Positions 1 to 11,071 are shown, numbered from the stretch's first letter. The stretch is 64,000 nt of DNA from an uncultured Alphaproteobacteria bacterium (GCA_963741735.1 CAVUJB010000004.1:167684-231683); one strand, 5' to 3'. Numbers and translations are program-made. Notes: generated from the sequence alone by a model not told the origin.

Positions 1-1449
1 GAAGCGATAGTGTTCCTTCACCGTGAGAGTGACATCTGCCGGTCCGAAGGGCTCGCAGGCCATAATCGAGTTCAACTTCATGTTCGTGATCGGTCGATTG
101 TCGCAACACTCTTTCAGGTTACCGACGACTTGATTGCAGATGACGAGGCGGGCCTCACCGATGCTGCTTGGACTCACCTGGATCTACGTGACGGTGACGA
201 AATTTCCATCGCGCATGCCGCCCCGATCGAGTCGATGAGCCTTGTGCGCAGCCGAATTTATGGGCGTGAACTTGAAGCGGTGGATTTCGGCGCAATCATT
301 CGGGACATTGTGGACGGGCAATACTCCAATCTCGACATTGGCGCTTTCCTGACAGCATGTGCCAGCCGGCCGCTGGTCGAACAGGAAGTGCTGGCACTGA
401 CACGTTCGATGGTGGATGCGGGCGAACGTCTGGTTTGGCGGGAACCTGTTATTGCCGACAAACACTCGGTCGGCGGTCTGCCCGGCAACAGGACCACGCC
501 GATCATTGTTTCGATCGCTGCGGCCCTTGGGCTGAAGATGCCAAAGACTTCGTCTCGTGCCATTACCTCGCCTTCCGGTACGGCCGACACGATGGAGACC
601 TTGGCACCAATCGATTTAAGCAAGTCAGATATTCATCGCGTCGTTGAGCGCGAGAACGGCTGTATTGTCTGGGGAGGCGCGGTCCGCCTCAGTCCGGCGG
701 ACGATGTCTTGATACGAGTTGAGCGCGCGCTCGATCTGGATACCGAGGGTCAGATGATCGCTTCGGTGCTGTCGAAGAAGATTGCCGCCGGCGCGACACA
801 TCTGATTTTGGACATTCCTGTCGGCGCAACCGCGAAGGTGCGATCGCCCGTGGCCGCAGACGCAATGACATCGGGATTGCTGGCTGTATGTGGCGTCTTT
901 GGCATCCATACGAAAGTGACAATCGGAGATGGCCGCCAGCCAATAGGACGTGGAATAGGTCCGGCCTTGGAAGCGCGCGATGTCTTGGCAGTACTCCAAT
1001 GCCGGCCCGATGCCCCGGTGGACCTGCGAAGCCGCTCCTTGCAATTGGCCGGTGCACTTATTGAATTGGTAGGATTGGCCGCCGCCGGAACTGGCGCTGC
1101 GCTGGCCGAGAAGGTCATAGAGGACGGACGCGCCTGGAAGAAGTTTCAGGGCATCTGTGAAGCGCAAGGTGGTATGCGTGTACCACCTTCATCCACAGAC
1201 AGAAGACCCCTTGTCGCCGACAAGTCCGGCTACCTTGTTGCCGTCGACAATCGCAAGGTCGCCCGTTTGGCCAAACTAGCCGGCGCGCCGGAAGACAAGG
1301 CGGCCGGTGTCGAACTTCACGTTCGATTGGGTGCGCCAATTGCTGTTGGTCAACCGCTTTGTACTATTCATGCCGAGTCGCCCGGCGAGCTCGACTATGC
1401 GCTCGCTTATGCGGCGGCGAACCAAGATATTTTTCTGATTGACGACTGA
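1..1449 (+). CDS. thymidine phosphorylase family protein (~500-aa AMP/putative-thymidine phosphorylase subtype), 5' end outside window
   Basis: Frame 1 is open from nt 1 (EAIVFLHRESDICRSEG...), so the true start lies left of the window. The ORF track begins at internal GTG 10. Motifs DKHSVGGLPGNRTT and SSRAITSPSGTADTMETL match the core of glycosyltransferase-family-3 nucleoside phosphorylases. Confidence 0.85.
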   Translation, partial: EAIVFLHRESDICRSEGLAGHNRVQLHVRDRSIVATLFQVTDDLIADDEAGLTDAAWTHLDLRDGDEISIAHAAPIESMSLVRSRIYGRELEAVDFGAIIRDIVDGQYSNLDIGAFLTACASRPLVEQEVLALTRSMVDAGERLVWREPVIADKHSVGGLPGNRTTPIIVSIAAALGLKMPKTSSRAITSPSGTADTMETLAPIDLSKSDIHRVVERENGCIVWGGAVRLSPADDVLIRVERALDLDTEGQMIASVLSKKIAAGATHLILDIPVGATAKVRSPVAADAMTSGLLAVCGVFGIHTKVTIGDGRQPIGRGIGPALEARDVLAVLQCRPDAPVDLRSRSLQLAGALIELVGLAAAGTGAALAEKVIEDGRAWKKFQGICEAQGGMRVPPSSTDRRPLVADKSGYLVAVDNRKVARLAKLAGAPEDKAAGVELHVRLGAPIAVGQPLCTIHAESPGELDYALAYAAANQDIFLIDD

Positions 1450-1577
1450 TTGCCTACCTCGGTCGCGCACTCTTTTTTCGCCTCGTTGCTCGGCCCAATG
1501 CAGTGTTAGGAATGCGTTTGTCGAGCAAATCGAGAACGGCTCGAAGTCTCGGTAGTGTCCAAATTTGACGGAGCTGG

Positions 1578-1850
1578 TCAGTCCGTCACGACGATGAAGG
1601 CACAATCTTTGTAGCCGTTGGGCCGAGTGCCGTTTCTAGCAACATTGATTGCCGGTCCGTTGCCGTTTTCAGCACCTTGCCAAACTCGCCAGTGATCACC
1701 CTCCAACACCGCCTTCCAGTCCGAAGTCGGCATATCTTTGTCCTCTTCGGCGCAGGCGCGCATACCTATCTCGATTGCCTGCGCCGAAGTGGTTACCGGC
1801 GATGCGCAGCCGCACAGAAGGAGACGGGGTGCGATGGCCACGATCCTCAC
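1578..1850 (-). CDS. hypothetical lipoprotein
   Basis: 90-aa ORF with an N-terminal hydrophobic signal and lipobox-like LLLCGCA. A 4-nt ATGA overlap with upstream ORF 1847..2158 suggests co-translation. No domain recognised. Confidence 0.5.
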   Translation of the reverse strand: MRIVAIAPRLLLCGCASPVTTSAQAIEIGMRACAEEDKDMPTSDWKAVLEGDHWRVWQGAENGNGPAINVARNGTRPNGYKDCAFIVVTD

Positions 1851-2158
1851 TTGGAAGTCCTCGACTCCGCCACAATAGCCGCCCGTACGGCGTCGCGTGG
1901 CGACGTGATCGGCGGCAGGTGCAGCAGGGCGAAGAAACTGCGTTTGCCGTCTGGGCGCTCATAATACCACGCGTAGGCGCACGTTGTGCCGCTCGGACTG
2001 CCCTTCAGATCGAACACATGCACCGTGCCGTTCCAGACGATCTCGCCAGCATGCGTCTCAAGGACGGGAGCTGATTGGACGAACGTCGCCGTGCCGCCGT
2101 GCTGGGACTCGACGGCCTTCTGGAGTTCGGAGGCGGCGACTTCGGTCATAACTTCCAA
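1847..2158 (-). CDS. hypothetical protein
   Basis: 103-aa ORF on the same strand as 1578..1850 and overlapping it. Codon third positions are GC-rich. No domain recognised from sequence. Confidence 0.5.
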   Translation of the reverse strand: MEVMTEVAASELQKAVESQHGGTATFVQSAPVLETHAGEIVWNGTVHVFDLKGSPSGTTCAYAWYYERPDGKRSFFALLHLPPITSPRDAVRAAIVAESRTSK

Positions 2159-2184
2159 ATGTCTAGGGCAATATCTGATAGGCT

Positions 2185-2838
2185 GTGGACGCTAACAGAG
2201 TTGGTGGAACAGACCTCGAAGTGAACCTCTTCCTGAGTGCTCGTCAAATTTGGCTGATCTCACTTATTGCATGCTTTGCCGTTGCGGCATTGTCATTCAC
2301 ATTTTTCGACATGCCGATCGCGCGGTGGTTCTCCCAATTCCTTGGAAGGTTAAGTCCGCTAGGCACTGGTCTTGGGAGCGCTGTCCTTCTGTCGGCTGAA
2401 GCAGCGATCACTCTGACGCTGGTCGCTGTGCGACTATTGCGCGGGCATCTGTCGCCTTTTTGCGAAGCACTCGGACTCGCAAGCCTGACATCCATGTGTG
2501 CCTACGCAGTCAACGACGGTGTTCTGAAACTATTCTTTGGGGTGCCAAACCCCGCGAGCGTCCTGTTGGAGGGTGCGCATCACGCATTTCATCTTCTGGC
2601 TGGCGCCAGTAATAGCAGTTTCCCATCTGGCCATATGGTTCTCGCAGCCTCATTCGGCGGCGTATTCATGAGGCTATATCCGTCCAGCACTTGGCCTCTT
2701 TCAGCCTTGCTCGTATTCGGGGCAGCATTGCTGATTTTCGGCGATTGGCATTTTGCTAGCGACGTGATCGTTGGGGCCTTTGCTGGCGCTTCTGCTGGGC
2801 TGCTGGCAGGCGAGTTGTGGCTGGTCCATTCAAATTAG
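2185..2838 (+). CDS. PAP2 (type 2 phosphatidic acid phosphatase) family membrane protein
   Basis: Several hydrophobic segments. PAP2 motifs SFPSGH and GDWHFASDVIVG (the His...Asp of the C3 motif). Start uncertain (GTG 2185 or an internal ATG). Confidence 0.8.
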   Translation: MDANRVGGTDLEVNLFLSARQIWLISLIACFAVAALSFTFFDMPIARWFSQFLGRLSPLGTGLGSAVLLSAEAAITLTLVAVRLLRGHLSPFCEALGLASLTSMCAYAVNDGVLKLFFGVPNPASVLLEGAHHAFHLLAGASNSSFPSGHMVLAASFGGVFMRLYPSSTWPLSALLVFGAALLIFGDWHFASDVIVGAFAGASAGLLAGELWLVHSN

Positions 2839-2987
2839 GACACTACCCGAGTCTCGCTGGATCGGGATTGGAGGTATCTAATGTCACCATTAACGCGCGG
2901 AAGTATTTGGAGCGATACAGCTCTTCTTTGCCATCCAATCCGAGACAGCAATGCATGCGCACCATCGTCACTAGCCCCCTTTTAACC

Positions 2988-3003
2988 GGCTCCTTTCGGA
3001 GCC
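2988..3003. terminator. short GC hairpin between convergent genes (possible terminator)
   Basis: GGCTCC-TTTC-GGAGCC, a perfect 6-bp stem, lies between the 3' ends of 2185..2838 (+) and 3074..3928 (-). No clear U-tract on either strand. Confidence 0.3.
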
Positions 3004-3073
3004 TAGGTGTCGCCGGTAGTGCTCATGCACTGACGCTCGGCGAAGCATCACTCCACTATGGCTCGAAGCGGGT

Positions 3074-3928
3074 CTAGCGCGTATTCCAGTTGCCGCTGTA
3101 GTCGCGGCATGCCGTTCCGGTCCTTTCGGAGCGCTGGCCGTTGCGGTAGGTAACCATCCGGAAGTCACGGCAGACCTGATCGCCGTCGTGGTATTCGCGG
3201 GTCGAGGTGAAGGTGCCGTAGTTGCTGCCGCGCTGCCAGCTGTAATCGCGACCAACGTCGCCGTTTAGGCTGTGCCCGTAGGCGTCGAAGGCGTAGCGCT
3301 GATCGTCGCAATCGATGTCATGCGACAAGGCGTTGCCGAGAAGACCACCCAGAATGACGCCGCCTGCGACAGCGCCCCCATTTCCATGGCTGGCAGCGCC
3401 ACCAATGAGGCCGCCGGCGATTGCTCCGAAGATCGTACCGGCCGCGGCATTGCCCTGATGGCACGACCTTTCATAGTCGCCTTCTCGATAATAATTGCCC
3501 GGCGGTGAGGAATCGCCGTTGTTCCAACTCGGACCCCGATCTGAGCGCGGTCCTCGGTCATCGTACCAACCATCACCATAAACGTTGCGCGAACCCCAGT
3601 CGGCTTCGCCAACTTGTGTGCCGACGTCGCGGAGCTGTACCGCATAGGTTCGGAAAGTGGCCGGATCGATGCCCTCATTGCTCTCGTAGTAGCTTTGCAG
3701 GACGTGGGCCTCGATGGAATCGAGGCTCTTCTGGATCATCCACGCACGTCGCGGACTTAGTGTGTTGCGGCGAACTCCATCAGCGATGGCATCGTCGAGA
3801 TGCTGTTCCCAGCGCGCGAGCCGAGAATACCCTTCGTCGCTGTCATTGATCGCGACAGGGTCGGCCGTCGCCGTGCCCGCGAACATCAGAGTTGCCGCCG
3901 AGAGCATCAGGGGTATGAGCTTACGCAT
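3074..3928 (-). CDS. secreted glycine-zipper / 17-kDa surface-antigen-like protein
   Basis: Sec signal MRKLIPLMLSAATLMFAGTATA. Glycine zipper GTIFGAIAGGLIGGAASHGNGGAVAGGVILGGLLGNAL. C-terminal Cys-containing surface-antigen-like module (CRDFRMVTY...GTACRDYSGNW). Confidence 0.75.
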   Translation of the reverse strand: MRKLIPLMLSAATLMFAGTATADPVAINDSDEGYSRLARWEQHLDDAIADGVRRNTLSPRRAWMIQKSLDSIEAHVLQSYYESNEGIDPATFRTYAVQLRDVGTQVGEADWGSRNVYGDGWYDDRGPRSDRGPSWNNGDSSPPGNYYREGDYERSCHQGNAAAGTIFGAIAGGLIGGAASHGNGGAVAGGVILGGLLGNALSHDIDCDDQRYAFDAYGHSLNGDVGRDYSWQRGSNYGTFTSTREYHDGDQVCRDFRMVTYRNGQRSERTGTACRDYSGNWNTR

Positions 3929-4462
3929 GTGGGTCTCCTGTTTGCCGTAACTTGAAGCCTGGTTGCGTGGATCGTCTTCTTATGCGCTCCCCAAGCGGTG
4001 AAGTCACCCCGATCCAATAGAGCGCTCCGCGACTCACTCGCATTTAGTAATCGAACAGCGCTTTGCCACGCCGCGATCGCGCACCGAAAGCACCAGCGCA
4101 AATTGCCTGTCCCTGACTGAACTCGTTATGAACCAATTCTGGTGCCTTTGTGGCGGACAATCGCAAGCGAGACTTTGTCCAGAGCCCGCCTCCTACTGTC
4201 GCCGCGCACACAAGTCGCGTCCGATGAGCCTCTCGGTGGCGGCGATATCGTCCTCGGAGAACTCTAAGAGTTCGGCCCGCATAAACCTCTCTGGCCAAGC
4301 GCTAGGGACTGCGGGAATTAAGTTGCTGACCCAAGCAGATAATCGACGCATCGCGTGCGCGCGTGAATTGGGAAGCGCTCCACTTGAAGATTGTTCTAAA
4401 TCAAAATGGAAGTGCCGAAGCCGCCTAAAGTTGTTTCAGATTCTAGAAAGTGGAAGTCGAAC

Positions 4463-5107
4463 ATGAGACGGAAACTACTTGTATCGGCAGCTGTGTTGGT
4501 GTTGGCCTTCACGATGCCTGCAATGGCGGCCCGCGATAAATCGGGTCAGGGTGGAGGTGCCCATGGCCAAGGCACTGGATCGCATAGCCCTGGAACAGGG
4601 CCGCACGGTCGAGGCACCGGCTCAGGCGGTCACCAGGGCGGCGGAACCGGTGGCGGTACTGGCGTCATCAATCCTTTCGGCGGACGCGCAGTCGGTGGCA
4701 GCGGACAGCACGATGGGCGCGGTACGGGTGGCACGCGGCGTGACCATCGCGACTCTCGCAATCCGTTCGATATTTTCGGTCCGTCAGGCCATGGCTTTCG
4801 CCCCGGCGCACATCAGGGCCGCCATAATAACGCCTTCGACGCACTACGCCGTATGTTCAATGCGCCGAGACGTTTCCATCACGGAACGTACCGGCGGCCC
4901 CACGGTTGGTACGCCCACCGTTGGACGTTCGGCGAATTCTTGCCGGGGTTGTTCTTCGCTCAACAGTACTGGATCTCGGATTACTACGGATACGGCCTGT
5001 CTGACCCGCCGCCCGGAACAGTGTGGGTTCGTTACGGCGACGATGCTTTGCTCATCGATCAGGACACTGGTGAAGTCATCCAGGTGATATACGGCATATT
5101 CTACTGA
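4463..5107 (+). CDS. RcnB-family periplasmic protein with Gly/His-rich N-terminal region
   Basis: Start moved to ATG 4463 (GGAAG upstream; signal MRRKLLVSAAVLVLAFTMPAMA). The C-terminus YWISDYYGYGLSDPPPGTVWVRYGDDALLIDQDTGEVIQVI is the RcnB/YohN-type signature. Confidence 0.75.
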   Translation: MRRKLLVSAAVLVLAFTMPAMAARDKSGQGGGAHGQGTGSHSPGTGPHGRGTGSGGHQGGGTGGGTGVINPFGGRAVGGSGQHDGRGTGGTRRDHRDSRNPFDIFGPSGHGFRPGAHQGRHNNAFDALRRMFNAPRRFHHGTYRRPHGWYAHRWTFGEFLPGLFFAQQYWISDYYGYGLSDPPPGTVWVRYGDDALLIDQDTGEVIQVIYGIFY

Positions 5108-5488
5108 GGCTGGGAAGCTCGATGGTCGGACTATCAAGTTGTCCTGACCGTCGGGCTTGCGAGGTGCTACTCGAGCTTTGAAATCTGCGCATTGAATTCG
5201 AGAAGGTGTTGCGCTTCGCCACGTAATCCGCATTAAGTGAAATTATGTTCCAATCGACCCGCTGAGCGGCACGAGGAACCTTGTCCCCGCCGTAAGCAAC
5301 TCTGAGTCTTCACTTTCTGCGGCGCAAACATGACGCTTGTCGGGCTACGCCGCTTTGGCGTCAGCAGCTGTCCACGGCACCATCAAACCGACCGATCGTC
5401 ATAAGGATTTTCCACATTTCAGTTGATATCGGTCAACCACTCGAACCTTCGCGATCGTACTTTTTGACCTTTAAAGAGGAGTTCTGTC

Positions 5489-5797
5489 ATGAAGTTTCTA
5501 TTGGGAGCAACGCTCGCTGCGGGCCTCCTATTCGTCGGTACCTCGCCTTCATTGGCAATGATTGTATCGGCACCTCCTGCACCCCATGCTCAGGCCTCAG
5601 GCGTTATTGAAGTCAGAGACGGTTGTGGGCGTGGCTGGTATCGCCATCACGGACGTTGCCGCCCTGAACGTGGTTGGGGTTGGGGCGGTCACCACGGAGG
5701 CCGTGGCGGCTGGGGTGGTCGTGACCACCGTGGCGACCACGGTGGACGGGATGGTCGCGGCGATAACGGTCGCGATGGAGGACGTCACGGCCATTAG
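5489..5797 (+). CDS. small secreted GCG_CRPN-prefix Gly/His/Arg-repeat protein
   Basis: AAAGAGGAG RBS just upstream and a signal peptide. GCGRGWYRHHGRCRPE matches the GCG...CRPN prefix motif. It is followed by GG(H/R/D) low-complexity repeats. Confidence 0.7.
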   Translation: MKFLLGATLAAGLLFVGTSPSLAMIVSAPPAPHAQASGVIEVRDGCGRGWYRHHGRCRPERGWGWGGHHGGRGGWGGRDHRGDHGGRDGRGDNGRDGGRHGH

Positions 5798-5829
5798 TGA
5801 CAACGCGGCTTGCTGAAGCGGTAGCCAAA

Positions 5830-5851
5830 GAGGCCCGAGCGATCGGGCCTC
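5830..5851 (+). terminator. rho-independent terminator-like hairpin
   Basis: GAGGCCCGA-GCGA-TCGGGCCTC is a perfect 9-bp GC-rich stem followed by TCCTTTCGCTTC, 33 nt after the stop of 5489..5797. It could also serve the convergent HlyD gene. Confidence 0.6.
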
Positions 5852-6026
5852 TCCTTTCGCTTCAACTTACGACAATCGTCTCCACGTCGCCGAAACCTAG
5901 CAATAACGGCAATTCATTGTCGCGAGCGCCCCTCACTTCCCGCCCACTGCGAAGTGTACGGGGGAAATTCCCCAATCAGAAGTGCTGAGTTTCCCTTCGA
6001 GTAGCCGGCCGGCACGCGCGATTGGG

Positions 6027-7235
6027 CTATGGCGTGCGCGTTGTTACGCGAGCGTTATTGGCTATGCGATCGCTTGGATGCGCAATCACGTGGTCGCCGT
6101 CTCGGAGTCCGCCGAGGACCTCTGCTACCTCGTCATTGCTTCTTCCAATGCGTATGGGAGTTAGAAGCGCTCGACCATCGCGCGCGGCGAAGACGGCCCA
6201 ACCGTCTCCATGACGAAACATCGCGGAAGAGGGCACCCGAAGGACGCTCGCCCTTTGCCAGACCGTGATGTGGGCGACAACACGAAAGCTATCAGCAATT
6301 GTGATCCATTTCTCCGGCGCATCTGTAAAATCTAAAAGAACGTTGACGCGTTGCTCCTCGACACCCAGGGCGGAAATCTTTGCAAATCCGGATGGCTCGA
6401 CGCGGCGCACGCGCGCATTCAATATACCGGTGCCGCCCCAATCTGTGATCGTTGCAGAATCTCCCACACGCACCTTGACGGCGTCCTCGGATATCAACTC
6501 GGCCACAATCTCGAGCTTTTGTGGGTCGCCAATTTCCAGTATTGGCGTTCCCGTCGCGAGTGCGGATTCGCTCTCGTGCAAGACGCGAAGCACGCGACCC
6601 GATACGGGCGCAATGATCGGAATACCGGCTTGTAGGTTTCGACCGGCCGTCCCTGTCGGATCGATCAACAATGCTCTTGCGGTCTGGAGGTCGTGGTCCT
6701 TCACCTTGAGCGCCGCTTGCGCAGTCGCAAGCTGTGCAGCAGCAGTTTTGTAGGCTAACTGCGCGCGCTCGAGATTGGCGCGCGAAATCGCGTCGGACTG
6801 GACGAGGATCGTCGCCCGTTTGAGATCGGAGGCGGCGAAGGCGAGCTCGGCCTGTGCCCGCGCGACCTCCGCCGCCGCCAGATTGCGCGCGTCCTCGGCG
6901 GACTTGATTGCGGACTCGGCTTGCGCCCGGGTGCGAATGTCCAAAAAGCTTGGGGCGATGGGGAGCAGTTCCGCAACCTTTGTCTTGCCACCGTCCACCA
7001 TATCGCCGGGGTGAACCTCCACCCGCAATAGACGCCCGTTAACCGGTGCCGAAAGTTGATAGATTTCGCGCACGCGGGTGCGCCCTTCGTCCGACACATC
7101 AACACGCATCGGACCGCGCGTGACCGCGACGATTTCGACCGCAATCGCTCTCGGCCAGAAGCTCCAGACCAGCCCCGCCAAGATGACGAGTCCGAGGACG
7201 GTCGCAGCAAGAGTACGGCGCACAGTTGGTGTCAT
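6027..7235 (-). CDS. HlyD-family efflux periplasmic adaptor (membrane fusion protein)
   Basis: N-terminal TM anchor, a long Ala/Gln/Glu-rich coiled coil (AQAESAIKSAEDARNLAAAEVARAQAELAFAASDLKRA...) and a beta-rich C-terminus. Last gene of the ATPase-permease-adaptor operon. Confidence 0.85.
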   Translation of the reverse strand: MTPTVRRTLAATVLGLVILAGLVWSFWPRAIAVEIVAVTRGPMRVDVSDEGRTRVREIYQLSAPVNGRLLRVEVHPGDMVDGGKTKVAELLPIAPSFLDIRTRAQAESAIKSAEDARNLAAAEVARAQAELAFAASDLKRATILVQSDAISRANLERAQLAYKTAAAQLATAQAALKVKDHDLQTARALLIDPTGTAGRNLQAGIPIIAPVSGRVLRVLHESESALATGTPILEIGDPQKLEIVAELISEDAVKVRVGDSATITDWGGTGILNARVRRVEPSGFAKISALGVEEQRVNVLLDFTDAPEKWITIADSFRVVAHITVWQRASVLRVPSSAMFRHGDGWAVFAARDGRALLTPIRIGRSNDEVAEVLGGLRDGDHVIAHPSDRIANNARVTTRTP

Positions 7236-7238
7236 CTG

Positions 7239-9608
7239 CTATTCCCGGGTCTTGAGGACGGCAATCAGATCGAGTCGATTGATGCGCCATGCCACCGCTA
7301 GCGCCGAGGCGCCGGCCGACAACAATGTGATCGATATGGCTATACCGTATGTGGCAGGCATCAATACGAACGGCACGCGAAACAACTTGGTCTCCATAGC
7401 CTGGCTCATCAGCCAGCCCAGCCAATAGCCCAACACGCAGCCCACCGGGAGCGCAGCCGCAACGAGGAGCGCGAGCTCACCTAGCAGAATGTAACTCACC
7501 TCGCCCTTTGTGAATCCCAATACCCTGAGGCTCGCAAGTTCGCGCCCGCGCTCGGACAGTGATATCCGCGCGGCATTGTAAACAACGCCGAATGCGATGA
7601 TCGCGCCGAGCCCAATGTAGAAATTGATGACAATCGTCATGCTCTTGGCCATGATTTCGCGTAGCGACGTGACCGCCTGTTCTCGGGTCGAAATCGTTGC
7701 CACTGCGGGGATCTCCTTAAGGCGCCGCATGAGTTCAGCCTGCTCGGCGCGATCGACCATGGCCTGGACCGCCGTAAGCGCGCCTGATTGGCCGGTCAGC
7801 GTGGCCAGGGCGCCTTGATCCATATAGGCCGAAAGTCCGACATGCTCGGAAGTGACGCCCGCAACGTTGACCATTGCGCTTTCCCTCGCACCTTCGAGAA
7901 TATCGACCCTGGCGCGGTCGCCGATGTGAAGGTCCAGCAGGCTCGCAAGCTTGTTGGAGAGAACGATGCCCCGTTCGGGAATGGTGAAGCTTCTGCCGGA
8001 AGAATCGTAAAAGATCCGAAAGTGCGTACCATGTCGGAGGCCGGAGATTCCAAGCCGCTGGGTGAGGTGGCCATTGGAGAGCCGAGCGGCCACTTCCAGC
8101 ACCGGCTCTGCTGCGCGTACACCCGGCAAACGAGCGATGTCGAAACGTGAGCGGTCGCCGCGTTGATCCACCAGTCCAATGACGATGTCCTGCCGGTTCG
8201 CCTTGAAATAGAAGCTGTCCACCAACTCATCGATCGCGTCAAAAAAGAAGAAGAGACTAACGAGCAACATCACTGCCATGGCAGTGCCGGCGGTTGTGAG
8301 CAGCGCGCGCAGCGGCCATCGTTCGATGTGCCGAAGAATCATCTGCGTCGGCATCGAAATTCGACAGTCGAGACCCAGGCGATCGACGATCGTGCGCCGG
8401 TAGATCGATGGCGCGGGCGGCAACATTGCCGCAGCTGGCGCAAGGCGGACGGCGCGAATGACGGCGCTCCAGGTTCCCGCTATGGCTGCACCGAAGGAAA
8501 CGAATATCGCCGCTGAAAAGACTGCGCGATCCATCTGATACTCCAGGAATGGGAAGTGAAAATATCTCTGGTACATGCCCGTCATCCACTGTCCCAGCCA
8601 CAGCCCTCCGATGCAGCCGGCCGCGACGCCGACGGCGGTTAGAAGCAGAGAGAACTTCAGATAGTGACGGCCGACTTCCCAGTTCGAATAGCCGAACGAT
8701 TTTAGTAGCCCAATCGACTCGCGTTCGGTGTCGATAAGTCGCGAAAGCACCATGTGAAGCAGAAATGCCGCGACAGCCAGGAAGATCGGCGGTATCACGA
8801 CGGCCATGGTTTTCAGCTGATCGAGTTCCTGATCGATGAAGGCGTTGCTCATTTGATCGGCACGTCCATAGGCCGCCGTGCCGCCATAGCGTGTCAGGAT
8901 GTGATCGAGCCGCTGAATGACGTCGGGCTCGGAAGCGCCGGGCGCCAGGAGCACGCTCACGTCGTTGAAAGCGCCGTCCAGATCGTAACCGGCCGCCATG
9001 ATCGAATGACCGATCCATAGGATGCCGAAGGCCTTGTCGTCCGGCATCAATTGACCGGGAGCGAGCACATAGACAAATTCCGGTGACAGCGCGATACCGA
9101 CGATCGTAAAGCCGCGCTTGCGTCCGTTGAGGACCACCACAATTTTTTGTCCGGGGCTATACCCAAGTGCCTGAGCCATGCTCTCGCTCATGACCAATTC
9201 GTCGCGACCCCGGATAGGCAAGCGACCTTCTCGCAGGGCAATCCTATTGAGCTTTGCCTCGCCGGAGTCGGGCAGCGAGACGAGCAAAGCCGCCGCAGGA
9301 CGCTGCAGCCCGGGAATATCCAAGGCAGCATAGTGCGTAATGCGGGTCTCCAAAGCGGCGACCCCCGGTATCTCTCCGATTTGGCTTGCAACTCGTAGCG
9401 GCGCCCGCCGCAACTGTGAAAACACGTCCGCGAAGCGATAACGCTCGTAATAGGCATCCCGCGTCTCGCGCAGCGATGTCATGGCGCCAAAGGTCATGAC
9501 GACAATAGCGACACCACAAGCGATCACAGCTGCAATCGCAAGCGCTTGGCCCTTTACGTGCCAGAGATCGCGCAGCAGCTTGCGGTCTAGCGCGCGCATG
9601 GTCACCAC
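7239..9608 (-). CDS. ABC transporter permease, double FtsX-domain (MacB/YbbP architecture)
   Basis: 789 aa with two FtsX-type TM modules, each preceded by a large extracytoplasmic domain. It overlaps the ATPase gene by 7 nt and ends 3 nt before the adaptor start. Confidence 0.85.
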   Translation of the reverse strand: MVTMRALDRKLLRDLWHVKGQALAIAAVIACGVAIVVMTFGAMTSLRETRDAYYERYRFADVFSQLRRAPLRVASQIGEIPGVAALETRITHYAALDIPGLQRPAAALLVSLPDSGEAKLNRIALREGRLPIRGRDELVMSESMAQALGYSPGQKIVVVLNGRKRGFTIVGIALSPEFVYVLAPGQLMPDDKAFGILWIGHSIMAAGYDLDGAFNDVSVLLAPGASEPDVIQRLDHILTRYGGTAAYGRADQMSNAFIDQELDQLKTMAVVIPPIFLAVAAFLLHMVLSRLIDTERESIGLLKSFGYSNWEVGRHYLKFSLLLTAVGVAAGCIGGLWLGQWMTGMYQRYFHFPFLEYQMDRAVFSAAIFVSFGAAIAGTWSAVIRAVRLAPAAAMLPPAPSIYRRTIVDRLGLDCRISMPTQMILRHIERWPLRALLTTAGTAMAVMLLVSLFFFFDAIDELVDSFYFKANRQDIVIGLVDQRGDRSRFDIARLPGVRAAEPVLEVAARLSNGHLTQRLGISGLRHGTHFRIFYDSSGRSFTIPERGIVLSNKLASLLDLHIGDRARVDILEGARESAMVNVAGVTSEHVGLSAYMDQGALATLTGQSGALTAVQAMVDRAEQAELMRRLKEIPAVATISTREQAVTSLREIMAKSMTIVINFYIGLGAIIAFGVVYNAARISLSERGRELASLRVLGFTKGEVSYILLGELALLVAAALPVGCVLGYWLGWLMSQAMETKLFRVPFVLMPATYGIAISITLLSAGASALAVAWRINRLDLIAVLKTRE

Positions 9609-10333
9609 CGCAGAGACTGCGCCGGCTGCCGCGCGGCATTCGTTACAACCCGCACGACGCGACCATTAGCAAAGGACGCGACGCGATTTCCCATTTCCGC
9701 GATCGCCACATTATGCGTGATGATGACGGAAGTCGTGCCAAGCTCGGCATTGATCCGTTCGATCGCCTGCAGAACGATGATGCCTGTCGGAGAGTCGAGT
9801 GCGCCCGTGGGCTCATCGCACAGCAGGATTTCGGGTCGCTTTGCGATCGCGCGCGCGATGGCGACGCGCTGCTGTTCGCCGCCCGACAGTTGGGCCGGAA
9901 AGTGATCGAGGCGTTCCTGCAATCCGACGATGGCGAGTGCGTCCTCCGGCTTCATGGGCTTGGCCGCGATCTCGGTCACCAGCGCGACATTTTCGCGTGC
10001 CGTCAAACTCGGAATGAGGTTGTAGAATTGGAATACGAAGCCGACATGATCGCGCCGATAGAGCGTCAATTCACGGTCGCTCATCAACGTCAGATTGTGA
10101 TCGCGGAAGAGGGCTTCTCCCCTGGTCGGCCGGTCCAATCCACCTAGAATATTTAGAAACGTAGACTTGCCCGAGCCGGATGGTCCGAGCAGCACAAGAA
10201 CTTCCGACTCGAAAATGTCGAGGTCAAGCCCGCGAAGCGCCTGCACATCGACTTCGCCCGAGCGATAGGTTTTGGTCAGACCGTGGACGTGAAACACCAC
10301 GGGCGCTGGGGGGCGTTCCGGTGACTCTTTCAT
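9602..10333 (-). CDS. ABC transporter ATP-binding protein (MacB/LolD type)
   Basis: Walker [10 protein letters not shown], signature [14 protein letters not shown], Walker [14 protein letters not shown]-loop ITHN. Confidence 0.92.
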   Translation of the reverse strand: MKESPERPPAPVVFHVHGLTKTYRSGEVDVQALRGLDLDIFESEVLVLLGPSGSGKSTFLNILGGLDRPTRGEALFRDHNLTLMSDRELTLYRRDHVGFVFQFYNLIPSLTARENVALVTEIAAKPMKPEDALAIVGLQERLDHFPAQLSGGEQQRVAIARAIAKRPEILLCDEPTGALDSPTGIIVLQAIERINAELGTTSVIITHNVAIAEMGNRVASFANGRVVRVVTNAARQPAQSLRW

Positions 10334-11071
10334 GTTGGAAGTTGTTGCAATCCGGACCTGCCTTGTCCTTGACCAATTGGGCGATACGTCGGGGATTTTC
10401 GGACCGCAACAAACCCCCGCGGTGACGAAAAGTTTTCACTCGCGAGCCCATTTCTACTAACTTGACCCCACAAAAGCACCAAGGCATCGTCAAAAGTTGA
10501 TCCGCGTCAAAGAAAACCGCTGTATGCGTGGCCAGATTGTACGCATTATAGGCAACGATCGTCCTCGCGAATGATAGCGGTACGAGGATTGCCTTGATCA
10601 CTGTCGGCTCCGGCACAAGCAATGTCACTATTCTGAGAGTAAGTAACCGTGACATTGAAATGGATCATCAACCGTCTTGAGTGCATTTGCAGAGGTTTTG
10701 TCATTGTGAGGGTGAGAGCCGAGCCACGCGCGGTGCCAAATTCGACTATCGAGCAAGAGAGATGACAATCGGACCGCCGTCGCCAGCCCAAAGGCACTCG
10801 TAGTTCTAATCGGTCGGCGACGCCGAATCGCCCACGAGAGATCAATGGCGGCCGCCTTGTGGTAGTCAGCGAAGGTGACCGAGTGCCTGTTGACGGAATA
10901 GTGGTTGAGAGCAACGCATCTGGGTATCCGCGCCAACTCAAGATTTGGGCCGAAGCGGTGAATGACTTGATTCAGATCAATTCGCTCGTGTGGCAATCTG
11001 GTTGCATGCTCAGTTAAATTCGAAGCCGGGTTGGTCTGGCGCGCGGATTTTTGCAACAGAACGGGGCCGTC

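Noticed and set aside
10810-11020. Open frame encoding ..GGRLVVVSEGDRVPVDGIVVES.., reminiscent of the actuator-domain motif of P-type ATPases, inside the 700-bp intergenic region
   Set aside because: Only about 15 residues resemble the motif. The following DES..TGE signature is absent and there is no start codon. This is too short to call a relic without a search.
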